From positions 1-9,930 of IMG/VR virus record IMGVR_UViG_2681813273_000007: DNA of 9,930 nucleotides, one strand, 5' to 3'. This DNA comes from a virus. Lineage: Duplodnaviria; Heunggongvirae; Uroviricota; Caudoviricetes. Below the pieces are notes generated by a model, which searched no databases, was not told the origin of the DNA, and worked only from the letters and a program-made list of their open reading frames with translations. Made by a program: the position numbers and the translations under genes. Every line of letters begins with the position of its first letter. Positions within the stretch are counted from its first letter, which is position 1. Below, in pieces: positions 1-7,214 of this stretch.

Positions 1-10
1 ATATCACTAT

Positions 11-39
11 TTACTTTTAAAAATAACAGTGCTATTAAT
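11..39 (+). promoter_or_regulatory. Candidate sigma70 promoter for the cro-like gene (-35 TTACTT 11-16, 17-bp spacer, -10 TATTAA 34-39)
   Basis: Hexamers read directly from the sequence upstream of the first ORF; the divergent repressor side is outside the window. No operator could be defined. Confidence 0.25.
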
Positions 40-72
40 TATGCATTGGTAACACATCACATAGGGCGGATT

Positions 73-336
73 ATGAATCTTGGAGAATATTTGCATCATT
101 TTCATATAACCCAGAGTTCATTTGCTGAGATTGTTGGCGCATCCCAAGGGATGGTCAGCCACGTTATAACGGGGCGTGCAAAACTTACAGGAGAAAAAAT
201 ATTACGTTGGTGTGAAGCAACGGGATGGGTGGTGACCCCACATGAGATTGACAGTAAAACCTACCCCAACCCAACTGACGGCTTGCCTGCTGAGTTTCAG
301 GCTAACACACAACCATCGGCGGGGGTTGATTCATGA
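73..336 (+). CDS. ydaS: Cro-like HTH DNA-binding protein, YdaS family (ATG at 73; the ORF track starts at an upstream TTG at 46)
   Basis: Helix-turn-helix signature SSFAEIVGASQGMVSHVITGRAKLTGEKILRW; small size; stop overlaps the start of the next gene (ATGA at 333-336), as in ydaS-ydaT pairs of Rac-like prophages. Family assignment from memory. Confidence 0.6.
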   Translation: MNLGEYLHHFHITQSSFAEIVGASQGMVSHVITGRAKLTGEKILRWCEATGWVVTPHEIDSKTYPNPTDGLPAEFQANTQPSAGVDS

Positions 337-758
337 AAATCAAGCATGAACACATCCGCATGGCGATGAAAGCCTGGGCGCATCCGGACGGTGAAAAAGT
401 TCCGGCAGCTGAAATAACCAGGGTTTATTTCGAACTGGGAATGACGTTTCCGGTTCTGCATAACGACAGCAAGCACAACACGCTTTATCTCAACACCCAA
501 AAGATTTTCCGTTGGCTGGATAAAGACACCCCTGACGCTGTTGAAAAAATTCAGGCGTTGTTACCTGCGATCGAAAGGGCAATGCCACCTCCGCTGGTGG
601 CTCGAATGCGCAGCCACAGTTCAGCTTATTTTCGGGAACTGGTGGAGACGCATGAACGACTGGTGAGAGACGCTGATGATTTTGTCGCAGTGGCAATCGC
701 CGGTTTCAATCAGATGAACCGTGGTGGCCCGGCAGGAAATGCTGTGGCAGTACATTGA
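333..758 (+). CDS. ydaT: YdaT-like protein (CII-like regulator of Rac-type prophages)
   Basis: 141-aa ORF starting MKIKHEH, translationally coupled to the upstream cro-like gene; position and size match the YdaS/YdaT pair. Family assignment from memory of the YdaT N-terminus. Confidence 0.55.
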   Translation: MKIKHEHIRMAMKAWAHPDGEKVPAAEITRVYFELGMTFPVLHNDSKHNTLYLNTQKIFRWLDKDTPDAVEKIQALLPAIERAMPPPLVARMRSHSSAYFRELVETHERLVRDADDFVAVAIAGFNQMNRGGPAGNAVAVH

Positions 759-829
759 CTGACAATAGCCATATCGAATCGCTCCCGGCAACTCGTGAGT
801 AAAAAGATTCGGTATCAGAAGAGGTGAGT

Positions 830-1894
830 ATGGCTAACGCCTGGCTCAGATTATGGCATGACATGCCAAATGACCCTAAGTGGCGAACAATTGCCAGGGT
901 GTCAGGGCAGCCAATTGCAACAGTGATGGCAGTGTATATCCACCTCCTGGTGAGCGCGTCACGAAATGTCACGCGAGGTCACATTGATGTCACGACAGAA
1001 GATTTGGCAAGTGCGCTCGACGTGACAGAAGAGGTAATTGATTCAATTTTGCAGACGATGCAGGGGCGGGTACTTGATGGTGATTTAATCACTGGATGGG
1101 AAAAACGCCAGGTGCTTAAAGAGGACAACGGCAATATTTCGCAAACCGCAAAATCTCCTGCAGAGCGCAAGAGGGCGCAGCGAGAGAGGGAAAGAAAGCG
1201 GGAACAAAATGGCGATTGTCACGGCGCGTCACGAAATGTCACGCACATGTCACGACGAGTCACGACAGATACAGATAAAGATACAGATAAAGAAGATCAA
1301 AACACTATGGTCCATGGCGTAAAAAACGCCACGAACCAGGCAGGGGATGTTCAGACCGTCAATCCTGGTCAGCCAGCAGGCTCGACACCGGAAGCCGATT
1401 CAGCGTATGCGCTGAAAGCCGATTCGGGCGCTGTGCAGCAGGTGATGACCGCAAGGCCGGAGCAATCACTCCAACTGCAGCAGCCTGAAGCCGATTCCGC
1501 CATTCAGCGGGAAGCCGATCGGGTAGCCCCGGAAAACACCGGGCAGCCTGTGGGACGAGTGGATTATCCGGATGTGTTCGAACAGGTCTGGCGGGAATAC
1601 CCGTTGCGTGCCGGGGCAAACCCGAAGAAATCCGCATTCAGTGCCTGGAAGGCCAGATTGCGCGAGGGGGTGCCACCAGAGACCATGCTGGATGGTGTGA
1701 GGCGTTACGCGAGATACCTGGCGGCGACCGGGAAAGCGGGAACGGAATTTGTTCAGCGAGCGACGACGTTTTTTGGGCCGGACCGGAATTTTGAAAACCC
1801 CTGGTTGCTCCCGGTAAGCGGCACGAACAACCAGCGTTGTGTGAATCATATTTCTGAACCGGATACCGAAATTCCGCCGGGATTCAGGGGGTGA
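830..1894 (+). CDS. Phage replisome organizer (lambda O analogue) with DnaT-like C-terminal domain; ATG 830 preferred, GTG 824 also possible
   Basis: RBS GAGGTG at 821-826; C-terminus ...VNHISEPDTEIPPGFRG resembles the C-terminus of E. coli DnaT as I recall it; gene sits immediately upstream of a DnaC-like gene; central region is low-complexity and repeat-encoded. Confidence 0.7.
   Translation: MANAWLRLWHDMPNDPKWRTIARVSGQPIATVMAVYIHLLVSASRNVTRGHIDVTTEDLASALDVTEEVIDSILQTMQGRVLDGDLITGWEKRQVLKEDNGNISQTAKSPAERKRAQRERERKREQNGDCHGASRNVTHMSRRVTTDTDKDTDKEDQNTMVHGVKNATNQAGDVQTVNPGQPAGSTPEADSAYALKADSGAVQQVMTARPEQSLQLQQPEADSAIQREADRVAPENTGQPVGRVDYPDVFEQVWREYPLRAGANPKKSAFSAWKARLREGVPPETMLDGVRRYARYLAATGKAGTEFVQRATTFFGPDRNFENPWLLPVSGTNNQRCVNHISEPDTEIPPGFRG
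954..1292 (+). repeat. Iteron-like repeats inside the organizer gene: GTCACG at 958, 968, 978 (GTCACA), 989 and again at 1218, 1228, 1238, 1249, 1259; a 21-bp direct repeat at 954-974 and 1224-1244; tandem ATACAGATAAAG x2 at 1269-1292
   Basis: Counted directly; spacing within each cluster is 10, 10, 11 (and 10) bp, about one helical turn; an inverted copy CGTGAC lies at 1020-1025; AT-rich tract follows the second cluster. Confidence 0.55.
1391..1534 (+). repeat. Four degenerate 24-bp repeats beginning GAAGCCGATTC (1391, 1415, 1487, 1511) encoding EADS/KADS/EADS/EADR peptide repeats
   Basis: Counted directly in the linker region of the organizer gene. Confidence 0.5.
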
Positions 1895-1900
1895 TGTGGC

Positions 1901-2647
1901 ATGAAAAACATTGCGGCAGCCGGGGTTCTTGAACGTATTCACAGACTTGCACCACAGGGGGCGGTTCCACCGTACCGGACGGTGGAGGAGTGGCGGGAAT
2001 GGCAACTTGCTGAAGGACGAAAACGCAGCGAGGAGATTAACCGCCAGAATCGCCAGTTGCGGGTGGAAAAAATCCTGAATCGTTCGGGCATCCAGCCTCT
2101 GCACAGCAAATGCTCGTTTGCGAATTATCAGGTGCAGAACGACGGGCAAAAATACGCGCTGAGCCAGGCCAAATCCATAGCTGACGAACTGATGACCGGG
2201 TGCACGAATTTTGTGTTCAGCGGTAAAACCGGCACCGGGAAAAATCACCTTGCAGCGGCGATGGGTAACCGGCTGATGGCGAAGGGGCGCAGCGTGATTA
2301 TCGTCACCGAGTCTGATGTCATGAGCGTGTTGCATGACAGCTACGACAACGGCAAATCCGGTGAAAAATTTTTACAGGAGCTTTGCGGGGTTGATTTGCT
2401 GGTCCTGGATGAAATAGGCATTCAGCGGGAGACGAAAAACGAGCAGGTGGTATTGCACCAGATAATTGATCGCCGGACAGCATCACTGTGCAGTGTCGGG
2501 ATGTTAACAAACCTGAATCATGCCGCAATGAGCACGCTTCTTGGTGAGAGGATTATGGACCGCATGACCATGAACGGTTGTCGGTGGGTGACGTTTAACT
2601 GGGATAGCTGGCGTTCAAATGTCAGCTTTCCGGGAGTTGTGAAGTAA
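1901..2647 (+). CDS. DnaC-like replicative helicase loader (phage P analogue, AAA+ ATPase)
   Basis: Walker A FSGKTGTGKNHLAAA and Walker B LLVLDEIG; overall strong resemblance to host DnaC as recalled; start 7 nt after the stop of the DnaT-domain gene. Confidence 0.85.
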   Translation: MKNIAAAGVLERIHRLAPQGAVPPYRTVEEWREWQLAEGRKRSEEINRQNRQLRVEKILNRSGIQPLHSKCSFANYQVQNDGQKYALSQAKSIADELMTGCTNFVFSGKTGTGKNHLAAAMGNRLMAKGRSVIIVTESDVMSVLHDSYDNGKSGEKFLQELCGVDLLVLDEIGIQRETKNEQVVLHQIIDRRTASLCSVGMLTNLNHAAMSTLLGERIMDRMTMNGCRWVTFNWDSWRSNVSFPGVVK

Positions 2648-2668
2648 TTTTTGTTGGAGGATGTTTTA

Positions 2669-3394
2669 ATGGAAACTGTATTTGACGCACTGAAAGCACT
2701 GAAAAGAGCCTCTTCACATGTGGTGGCGTCCCGCCTTGGAATCAGCCGTGAAGATGCGGTCAACGAACTGTGGAAACTGAAGCGCCGTGGTGAAGCGGAT
2801 AACAAGGGTTCGATGTGGTGGCTGATTCAGGCTGGTGAAAGTGAACCAGTGTCACCGGTACCGAAAGTGACAGCGCAAATGCTGACTGAGGCGATTGAAC
2901 AACATGGCCCACAAACGGCGGATGAGCTGGCACTGATGTTCGGGATTACCTCCCGCCGGGCGAATTCATCGCTGGCCATGGCAATCAGCAAAGGGCGTCT
3001 GATTCGCGTGAATCAGGGCGGTAAATTTCGGTACTGCATACCGGGCGCTGATTTACCGGCAGAGCCGAAAGCCGCATCCATAGCGGAAACGGATGGTAAA
3101 GTCTTTCCTCAGCCAGCAGGTGTTGCGTTACCGGTACAGGAAGCTGCAACACAGGAAGAAATTAAAACAGAAACTGTGGCGGACATTGTGCAGTCGTTGC
3201 CATCGTTCACCGAAACGCAAGCGGATGACCTGGTTTTACCATCGCTGCATATGGCAAACCGCGAACTGCGTCGGGCGAAAAGTCATGTCCAGAAGTGGGA
3301 GCGTGTCTGCGCCGCGTTGCGGGAGCTGAACAAGCACCGGGATATTGTTCGACAGATTGTCGATTCCTCCGGTCGTATTGTGTCGGAAAAGTGA
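2669..3394 (+). CDS. Hypothetical prophage protein, 241 aa, two winged-helix-like segments and a charged C-terminal region (ORF track starts at TTG 2651; ATG 2669 has GGAGG 8 nt upstream)
   Basis: Long ORF with a good RBS; no family recognised. It has no counterpart between the DnaC-like and Ren-like genes of the second module. Confidence 0.5.
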   Translation: METVFDALKALKRASSHVVASRLGISREDAVNELWKLKRRGEADNKGSMWWLIQAGESEPVSPVPKVTAQMLTEAIEQHGPQTADELALMFGITSRRANSSLAMAISKGRLIRVNQGGKFRYCIPGADLPAEPKAASIAETDGKVFPQPAGVALPVQEAATQEEIKTETVADIVQSLPSFTETQADDLVLPSLHMANRELRRAKSHVQKWERVCAALRELNKHRDIVRQIVDSSGRIVSEK

Positions 3395-3409
3395 TTGCCG
3401 GGGGCGCTT

Positions 3410-3649
3410 ATGGCAAAAGTATTTACACAGGAAGAGCGGGAAAAAATTAAGGGGCAGGTTGTTGAACTCGTACGCCAGAGTGGGCGCGAGACGTTACGAC
3501 AACTGGAAGCTAAAACCGGGGCGACAAGATATTTAATAAGCGTTCTCGCCAGAGAGCTGGTTGCCAGTGGGGATGTATACAACTCTGGCTACGGGTTATT
3601 CCCGTCTGAACAGGCTCGTAAGGACTGGCAAAACGCCCGCAAAAAACTC
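3410..3649 (+). pseudogene. ren: 5' part of a Ren-like gene (module I), interrupted after codon 80; the reading frame runs on into IS600 sequence to a stop at 3697
   Basis: Encodes MAKVFTQEEREK...QNARKKL, collinear with the intact 140-aa paralogue at 6359-6781; homology ends exactly where the IS end begins. Ren assignment from memory of the lambda Ren C-terminus (see 6359-6781). Confidence 0.55.
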
Positions 3650-3693
3650 ATGAGGTGTACTGGCAATAGCGGACACTACCATTTGTTCTTTTT

Positions 3694-4512
3694 TTAAGCA
3701 GCCATCTGATGATATTTTTCCCTGAAGGCTGCCGGGGAGATATTCCCCAGACGAGAGTGACGACGCTGACGATTGTAGAAAATCTCAATGTATTCCCGTA
3801 TTACTGAGATGGCTTCATCCCGGTTATTAAAACGATAGTGGCTCAGGCTCTCATTTTTCAGCGTTCCCCAGAAGCTTTCCATCGGAGCGTTGTCGTAACA
3901 GTTACCTTTACGCGACATTGATGTTTTCAGACCAGACTGCTCCTGTATGACCCGGTAATCGTATGCGCAGTACTGTGAACCTCGATCAGAGTGGTGGATT
4001 AGCCCGGCAGGTGGGCGCTGGCTCCTGAGCGCCATAAACAGGGCTTTACCTGTCAGCTCTTTTGTCATGCGCTCTCCCATGGCGTAGCCGACAATTTCGC
4101 ACGTATAAACATCTTTGATGCCAGCGAGGTACAACCATCCCTCCTGTGTGGCAACATACGTCAGGTCCGCCACCCAGACCTGATTTGGTGCTGTAGGAGC
4201 GAACGTCTGGTTCAGCAGATTTGGCGCAACTGGCAGATTGTGGTTCGAGTTCGTAGTCGCTCTGAACTTGCGTTTCTGCTTACAGCGTAGCCTTAGCTCC
4301 TTACGAAGACGTGCCAGTCGGTCACGACCAACGATGATGCCATTCTCTGCCAGCTCCGTCTGGAGCCGCCGGGTTCCATATGTTTCGCGAGTGCGGATAT
4401 GTGCCACCTTAATCTCCAGTTTTAGCCGCTCATCACTTTGTTTTCTGTCTGAGGGTTCATGCTGTACCCAGTTGTAATAACCGCTCCTGGATACACCAAA
4501 TACCTGACACAT
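3694..4512 (-). CDS. IS3-family transposase OrfB (DDE catalytic domain); the true OrfAB product is made by -1 frameshifting near 4592-4599, so the OrfB frame extends upstream of 4512
   Basis: 272-aa ORF from the first in-frame Met; integrase-like core; overlaps orfA in the -1 frame. Confidence 0.9.
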   Translation of the reverse strand: MCQVFGVSRSGYYNWVQHEPSDRKQSDERLKLEIKVAHIRTRETYGTRRLQTELAENGIIVGRDRLARLRKELRLRCKQKRKFRATTNSNHNLPVAPNLLNQTFAPTAPNQVWVADLTYVATQEGWLYLAGIKDVYTCEIVGYAMGERMTKELTGKALFMALRSQRPPAGLIHHSDRGSQYCAYDYRVIQEQSGLKTSMSRKGNCYDNAPMESFWGTLKNESLSHYRFNNRDEAISVIREYIEIFYNRQRRHSRLGNISPAAFREKYHQMAA

Positions 4513-4547
4513 CGCTTCAATGGGAAATTGTTGTCGCCATTGTTCGA

Positions 4548-4850
4548 TTAACGCGTATTTTTCAGCGACTCCTGTGCAAAATACGCTGTTGCTTTTTTTA
4601 ATATATCTCGCTCAAGGCGAGCTTCATTTAACGCCTTACGCAGTTGCAGAATTTCAGATTCCAGTTCAGCCACCGTGCGGGAACCAGGAGTACCGAGCCC
4701 TTTTCTGGCGGCGGTAACCCATTGTCCTAAAGTGCCTTCAGGAAGAGATAATCGGGAAGCGCCTTCACTGATCGAAAGTTGATTTTCAAGAACCGTTCTG
4801 ACAGCTTCGGCTTTGAACTCTTTAGAGTAACGTTGGGTTTTTCTGCTCAT
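4548..4850 (-). CDS. IS3-family transposase OrfA (HTH, leucine-zipper part)
   Basis: 100-aa ORF MSRKTQRYSKEFKAEAV... with an AAGGAG RBS; the A7G slippery motif (reverse complement of 4592-4599) lies near its 3' end. Confidence 0.9.
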   Translation of the reverse strand: MSRKTQRYSKEFKAEAVRTVLENQLSISEGASRLSLPEGTLGQWVTAARKGLGTPGSRTVAELESEILQLRKALNEARLERDILKKATAYFAQESLKNTR

Positions 4851-4914
4851 TATTAGCTCCTTCTGATGCCATTCTATTTCAGGAAGGAGTGTCCGTTAAA
4901 CTCAGGCTACCTCA

Positions 4915-5591
4915 GGTTATTCGCTTCTGGGCATGGGCGGATCAACAAATGATAGACGGTAATGCAGATTGTAACGCTCGCGGCGTTACAAAAAGTGCAA
5001 TAGATCGCATCACTTTTATGTCTGGTTTTGCTGATGCGTTAATTCAGGTTGGATGGCTGGTCGAAAATGACGGAGGGCTTTCTCTACCTAACTTTGAACG
5101 TCATAACGGAAAAAGCTCTAAAAAAAACGGGCGGTTACAAACGAGCGAGTAACAAAAATACGCGAACTGAAACGAAAAGGTAACGCTGCCAGCGTTACAC
5201 AAACGGATCAAAAAGCGTTACCAGAGGAAGAGGAAGAGGAAGATCTAAATACTGATCTCCCCCTCGCCAAAAACGAGCGTCTAAAAAATTCGAGCCGGAG
5301 GCTATTGAGCTGCCCGATTGGTTGCCGGAAACACTCTGGCATGAGTGGGTCCGGTTCAGACAGGCATTGCGAAAACCGATTCGAACGGAGCAGGGCGCTA
5401 ACGGGGCGATACGGGAACTGGAAAAATTCCGTCAGCAGGGTTTTACACCTGAGCAGGTGATTCGACACAGCATCGCCAATGAATACCAGGGCCTGTTCGC
5501 GCCGAAAGGTGTTCGGCCTGAGACGTTGCTCCGACAGGTTAACACCGTCTCGTTGCCGGACAGTGCGATCCCGCCAGGCTTCAGGGGGTAA
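4915..5591 (+). pseudogene. 5'-truncated, frameshifted replisome-organizer/DnaT-domain gene (module II)
   Basis: Begins abruptly at the IS end; three reading frames must be joined (switches inside A8 at 5120-5127 and A6 at 5283-5288) to obtain one protein ending ...VNTVSLPDSAIPPGFRG, the same C-terminal motif as the module I gene. Confidence 0.7.
4959..5221 (+). repeat. GTAACGC-type repeats in the module II organizer gene: 19-bp palindromes GTAACGC-N5-GCGTTAC at 4971-4989 and 5180-5198, half-sites at 4959-4965 (GTAATGC) and 5215-5221
   Basis: Counted directly; they occupy the same relative part of the gene as the GTCACG clusters of module I. Confidence 0.45.
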
Positions 5592-5597
5592 CGGACC

Positions 5598-6344
5598 ATG
5601 AAAAATATTGCGACAGGCGGCGTTCTGGAACGCATCCGCCGACTGACCCCGCCACATGTAACCGCCCCATTCAGAACGGTAGCGGAGTGGCGCGAGTGGC
5701 AACTTGCTGAAGGCCAGAAACGTAGCGAGGAGATCAACCGCCTGAATCGCCAGTTGCGGGTGGAAAAAATTCTGAATCGCTCAGGCATCCAGCCGTTGCA
5801 CCGTAAATGCTCGTTTGCGAATTACCAGGTGCAGAACGACGGCCAGCGATACGCGTTAAGCCAGGCGAAATCCATCGCCGATGAACTGATGACCGGGTGT
5901 ACAAATTTTGCGTTCAGCGGAAAACCTGGTACCGGGAAGAATCACTTAGCGGCAGCTATCGGGAATCGCCTGCTGAAAGACGGTCAGACAGTGATTGTGG
6001 TTACCGTGGCTGATGTTATGAGCGCCCTGCACGCCAGCTATGACGACGGGCAGTCAGGCGAAAAATTTTTGCGGGAGCTGTGCGAAGTGGATCTGCTGGT
6101 TCTTGATGAAATTGGCATTCAGCGCGAGACGAAAAACGAGCAGGTGGTGCTGCACCAGATTGTTGATCGCCGGACAGCGTCGATGCGCAGCGTGGGGATG
6201 CTGACAAACCTGAACTATGAGGTGATGAAAACATTGCTCGGCGAGCGGGTGATGGATCGCATGGTCATGAACGGCGGGCGCTGGGTGAATTTTAACTGGG
6301 AGAGCTGGCGTCCGAATGTTAGCCATTCGAGGGTTGTTAAGTAG
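5598..6344 (+). CDS. DnaC-like replicative helicase loader, second copy (about 85 percent identical in protein to 1901-2647)
   Basis: Walker A FSGKPGTGKNHLAAA, Walker B LLVLDEIG; collinear with the first copy. Confidence 0.85.
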   Translation: MKNIATGGVLERIRRLTPPHVTAPFRTVAEWREWQLAEGQKRSEEINRLNRQLRVEKILNRSGIQPLHRKCSFANYQVQNDGQRYALSQAKSIADELMTGCTNFAFSGKPGTGKNHLAAAIGNRLLKDGQTVIVVTVADVMSALHASYDDGQSGEKFLRELCEVDLLVLDEIGIQRETKNEQVVLHQIVDRRTASMRSVGMLTNLNYEVMKTLLGERVMDRMVMNGGRWVNFNWESWRPNVSHSRVVK

Positions 6345-6358
6345 TTTCAGGAGGATTT

Positions 6359-6781
6359 ATGGCGAAACCTTTTACTCCCGAACAGCGGGAAGAACTGAAG
6401 ACGCGAATTGTGGAACTCGTGCATCAGGACGGTCGGGTCACGATTCGGCAGTTGTCAGATGAAACAGGTATCAGTCGTGCGTCTGTCGGTCGCTTATGCA
6501 TAGAACTGGTCGCAAGTGGTGATGTATATAATTCTGGCTACGGCTTATTCCCGTCTGAACAGGCTCGCAAGGACTGGCAAAGCGCCCGCAAAAAACTCTC
6601 GAGAGTAAAGGTGAGGAAACCGGTTGTTGTTGATCCGGACCTTATCTGGTCATTACCTGACGGAGAAATACGCCGCTACGACAGGCGCCTGAATATAATC
6701 TGTCGCGAGTGCCGGAAGAGCGAAGCTATGCAGCGTGTACTGGCTTTCTATCAGGGTAATTTTCAGGAGGCGATACTGTGA
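6359..6781 (+). CDS. ren: Ren-like protein (module II), intact, 140 aa
   Basis: Strong RBS AGGAGG at 6348-6353; N-terminal winged-HTH-like segment and a C-terminus ...ICRECRKSEAMQRVLAFYQG that matches lambda Ren (...KECRQSAAMKRVLAVYG) as I recall it; position after the P-like gene as in lambda. Confidence 0.5.
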   Translation: MAKPFTPEQREELKTRIVELVHQDGRVTIRQLSDETGISRASVGRLCIELVASGDVYNSGYGLFPSEQARKDWQSARKKLSRVKVRKPVVVDPDLIWSLPDGEIRRYDRRLNIICRECRKSEAMQRVLAFYQGNFQEAIL

Positions 6782-6838
6782 ATGAAATTAGCTATCAGGC
6801 TTCAATTACCGCTGGCATTCGCATCAAAGGAGAGGAGC

Positions 6839-6952
6839 ATGGAAATAAAACGATATTGCTTAACTCATCTTCTGGTTTTATTTCCGGTAAAAGAGGATGA
6901 CCCTCGTAATCAGGTTAATTTTCTTTATGAGCCATCGGAAAGACCATATTAG
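6839..6952 (+). pseudogene. Truncated 5' fragment (37 codons) of the small Cys/coiled-coil gene, module II allele
   Basis: MEIKRYCLTHLLVLFPVKEDDPRNQVNFLYEPSERPY then a stop at the junction; same RBS and start context as the intact gene at 7215. Confidence 0.45.
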
Positions 6953-7157
6953 GCAAAACGCCCGCAAAAAACTCTCGAGGGCAAAGCTGAAGAAACCATC
7001 TGTGGTTGATCCGGACCTTATCTGGTCATTACCGGACGGAGAAATACGCCGCTACGACAGACATCAGAACATAATCTGTCGCGAGTGCCGGAAGAGTGAA
7101 GTTATGCAGCGTGTACCGGCTTTCTATCAGGGTGATTTTCAGGAGGCGGTACTGTGA
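6952..7157 (+). pseudogene. ren: 3' part of the split module I Ren-like gene
   Basis: Encodes QNARKKLSRAKLKKPSVVDPDLIWSLPDGEIRRYDRHQNIICRECRKSEVMQRVPAFYQGDFQEAVL; its first 23 bp (6952-6974) are identical to 3627-3649, the last bases of the 5' part before IS600. Confidence 0.6.
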
Positions 7158-7214
7158 GTGAAATTAGCTATCAGGCTTCAATTACCGCTGGCATTCGCAT
7201 CAAAGGAGAGGAGC

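Larger units (their letters stand above)
3651..4914 (-). mobile_element. IS600-type insertion sequence (IS3 family), complete, 1264 bp, imperfect terminal inverted repeats beginning TGAGGT at both ends
   Basis: Ends read from the sequence: 3651 TGAGGTGTACTGG... and the reverse complement of 4914 TGAGGTAGCCTGAG..., both containing GGACACT near the tip; orfA/orfB pair inside; length equals the 1264 bp I recall for IS600. Confidence 0.8.

Noticed and set aside
1466-2335. 289-aa ORF on the minus strand
   Set aside because: Lies entirely antisense to the organizer and DnaC-like genes, is Arg/Pro-rich as expected for an antisense frame of GC-rich coding DNA, and has no RBS.
3093-3329. 78-aa ORF in an alternative frame of the 241-aa gene
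   Set aside because: Fully embedded, Arg/Lys-rich shadow frame; the longer frame has the RBS.
4238-4717. Plus-strand ORFs of 79 and 65 aa inside IS600
   Set aside because: Antisense to the transposase frames; not part of known IS3-family gene content.
5224-5241. GAGGAA x3 simple repeat
   Set aside because: Encodes an acidic stretch in the linker of the organizer pseudogene; no independent feature.
5208-5788. Minus-strand ORFs of 164 and 118 aa
   Set aside because: Antisense to the module II organizer and DnaC-like genes; composition typical of shadow ORFs.
6897-6953. N-terminal part of the 86-aa ORF (MTLVIRLIFFMSHRKDHIR)
   Set aside because: This is the out-of-frame read of the truncated small gene; only the part from 6952 onward is the native Ren-like reading frame.
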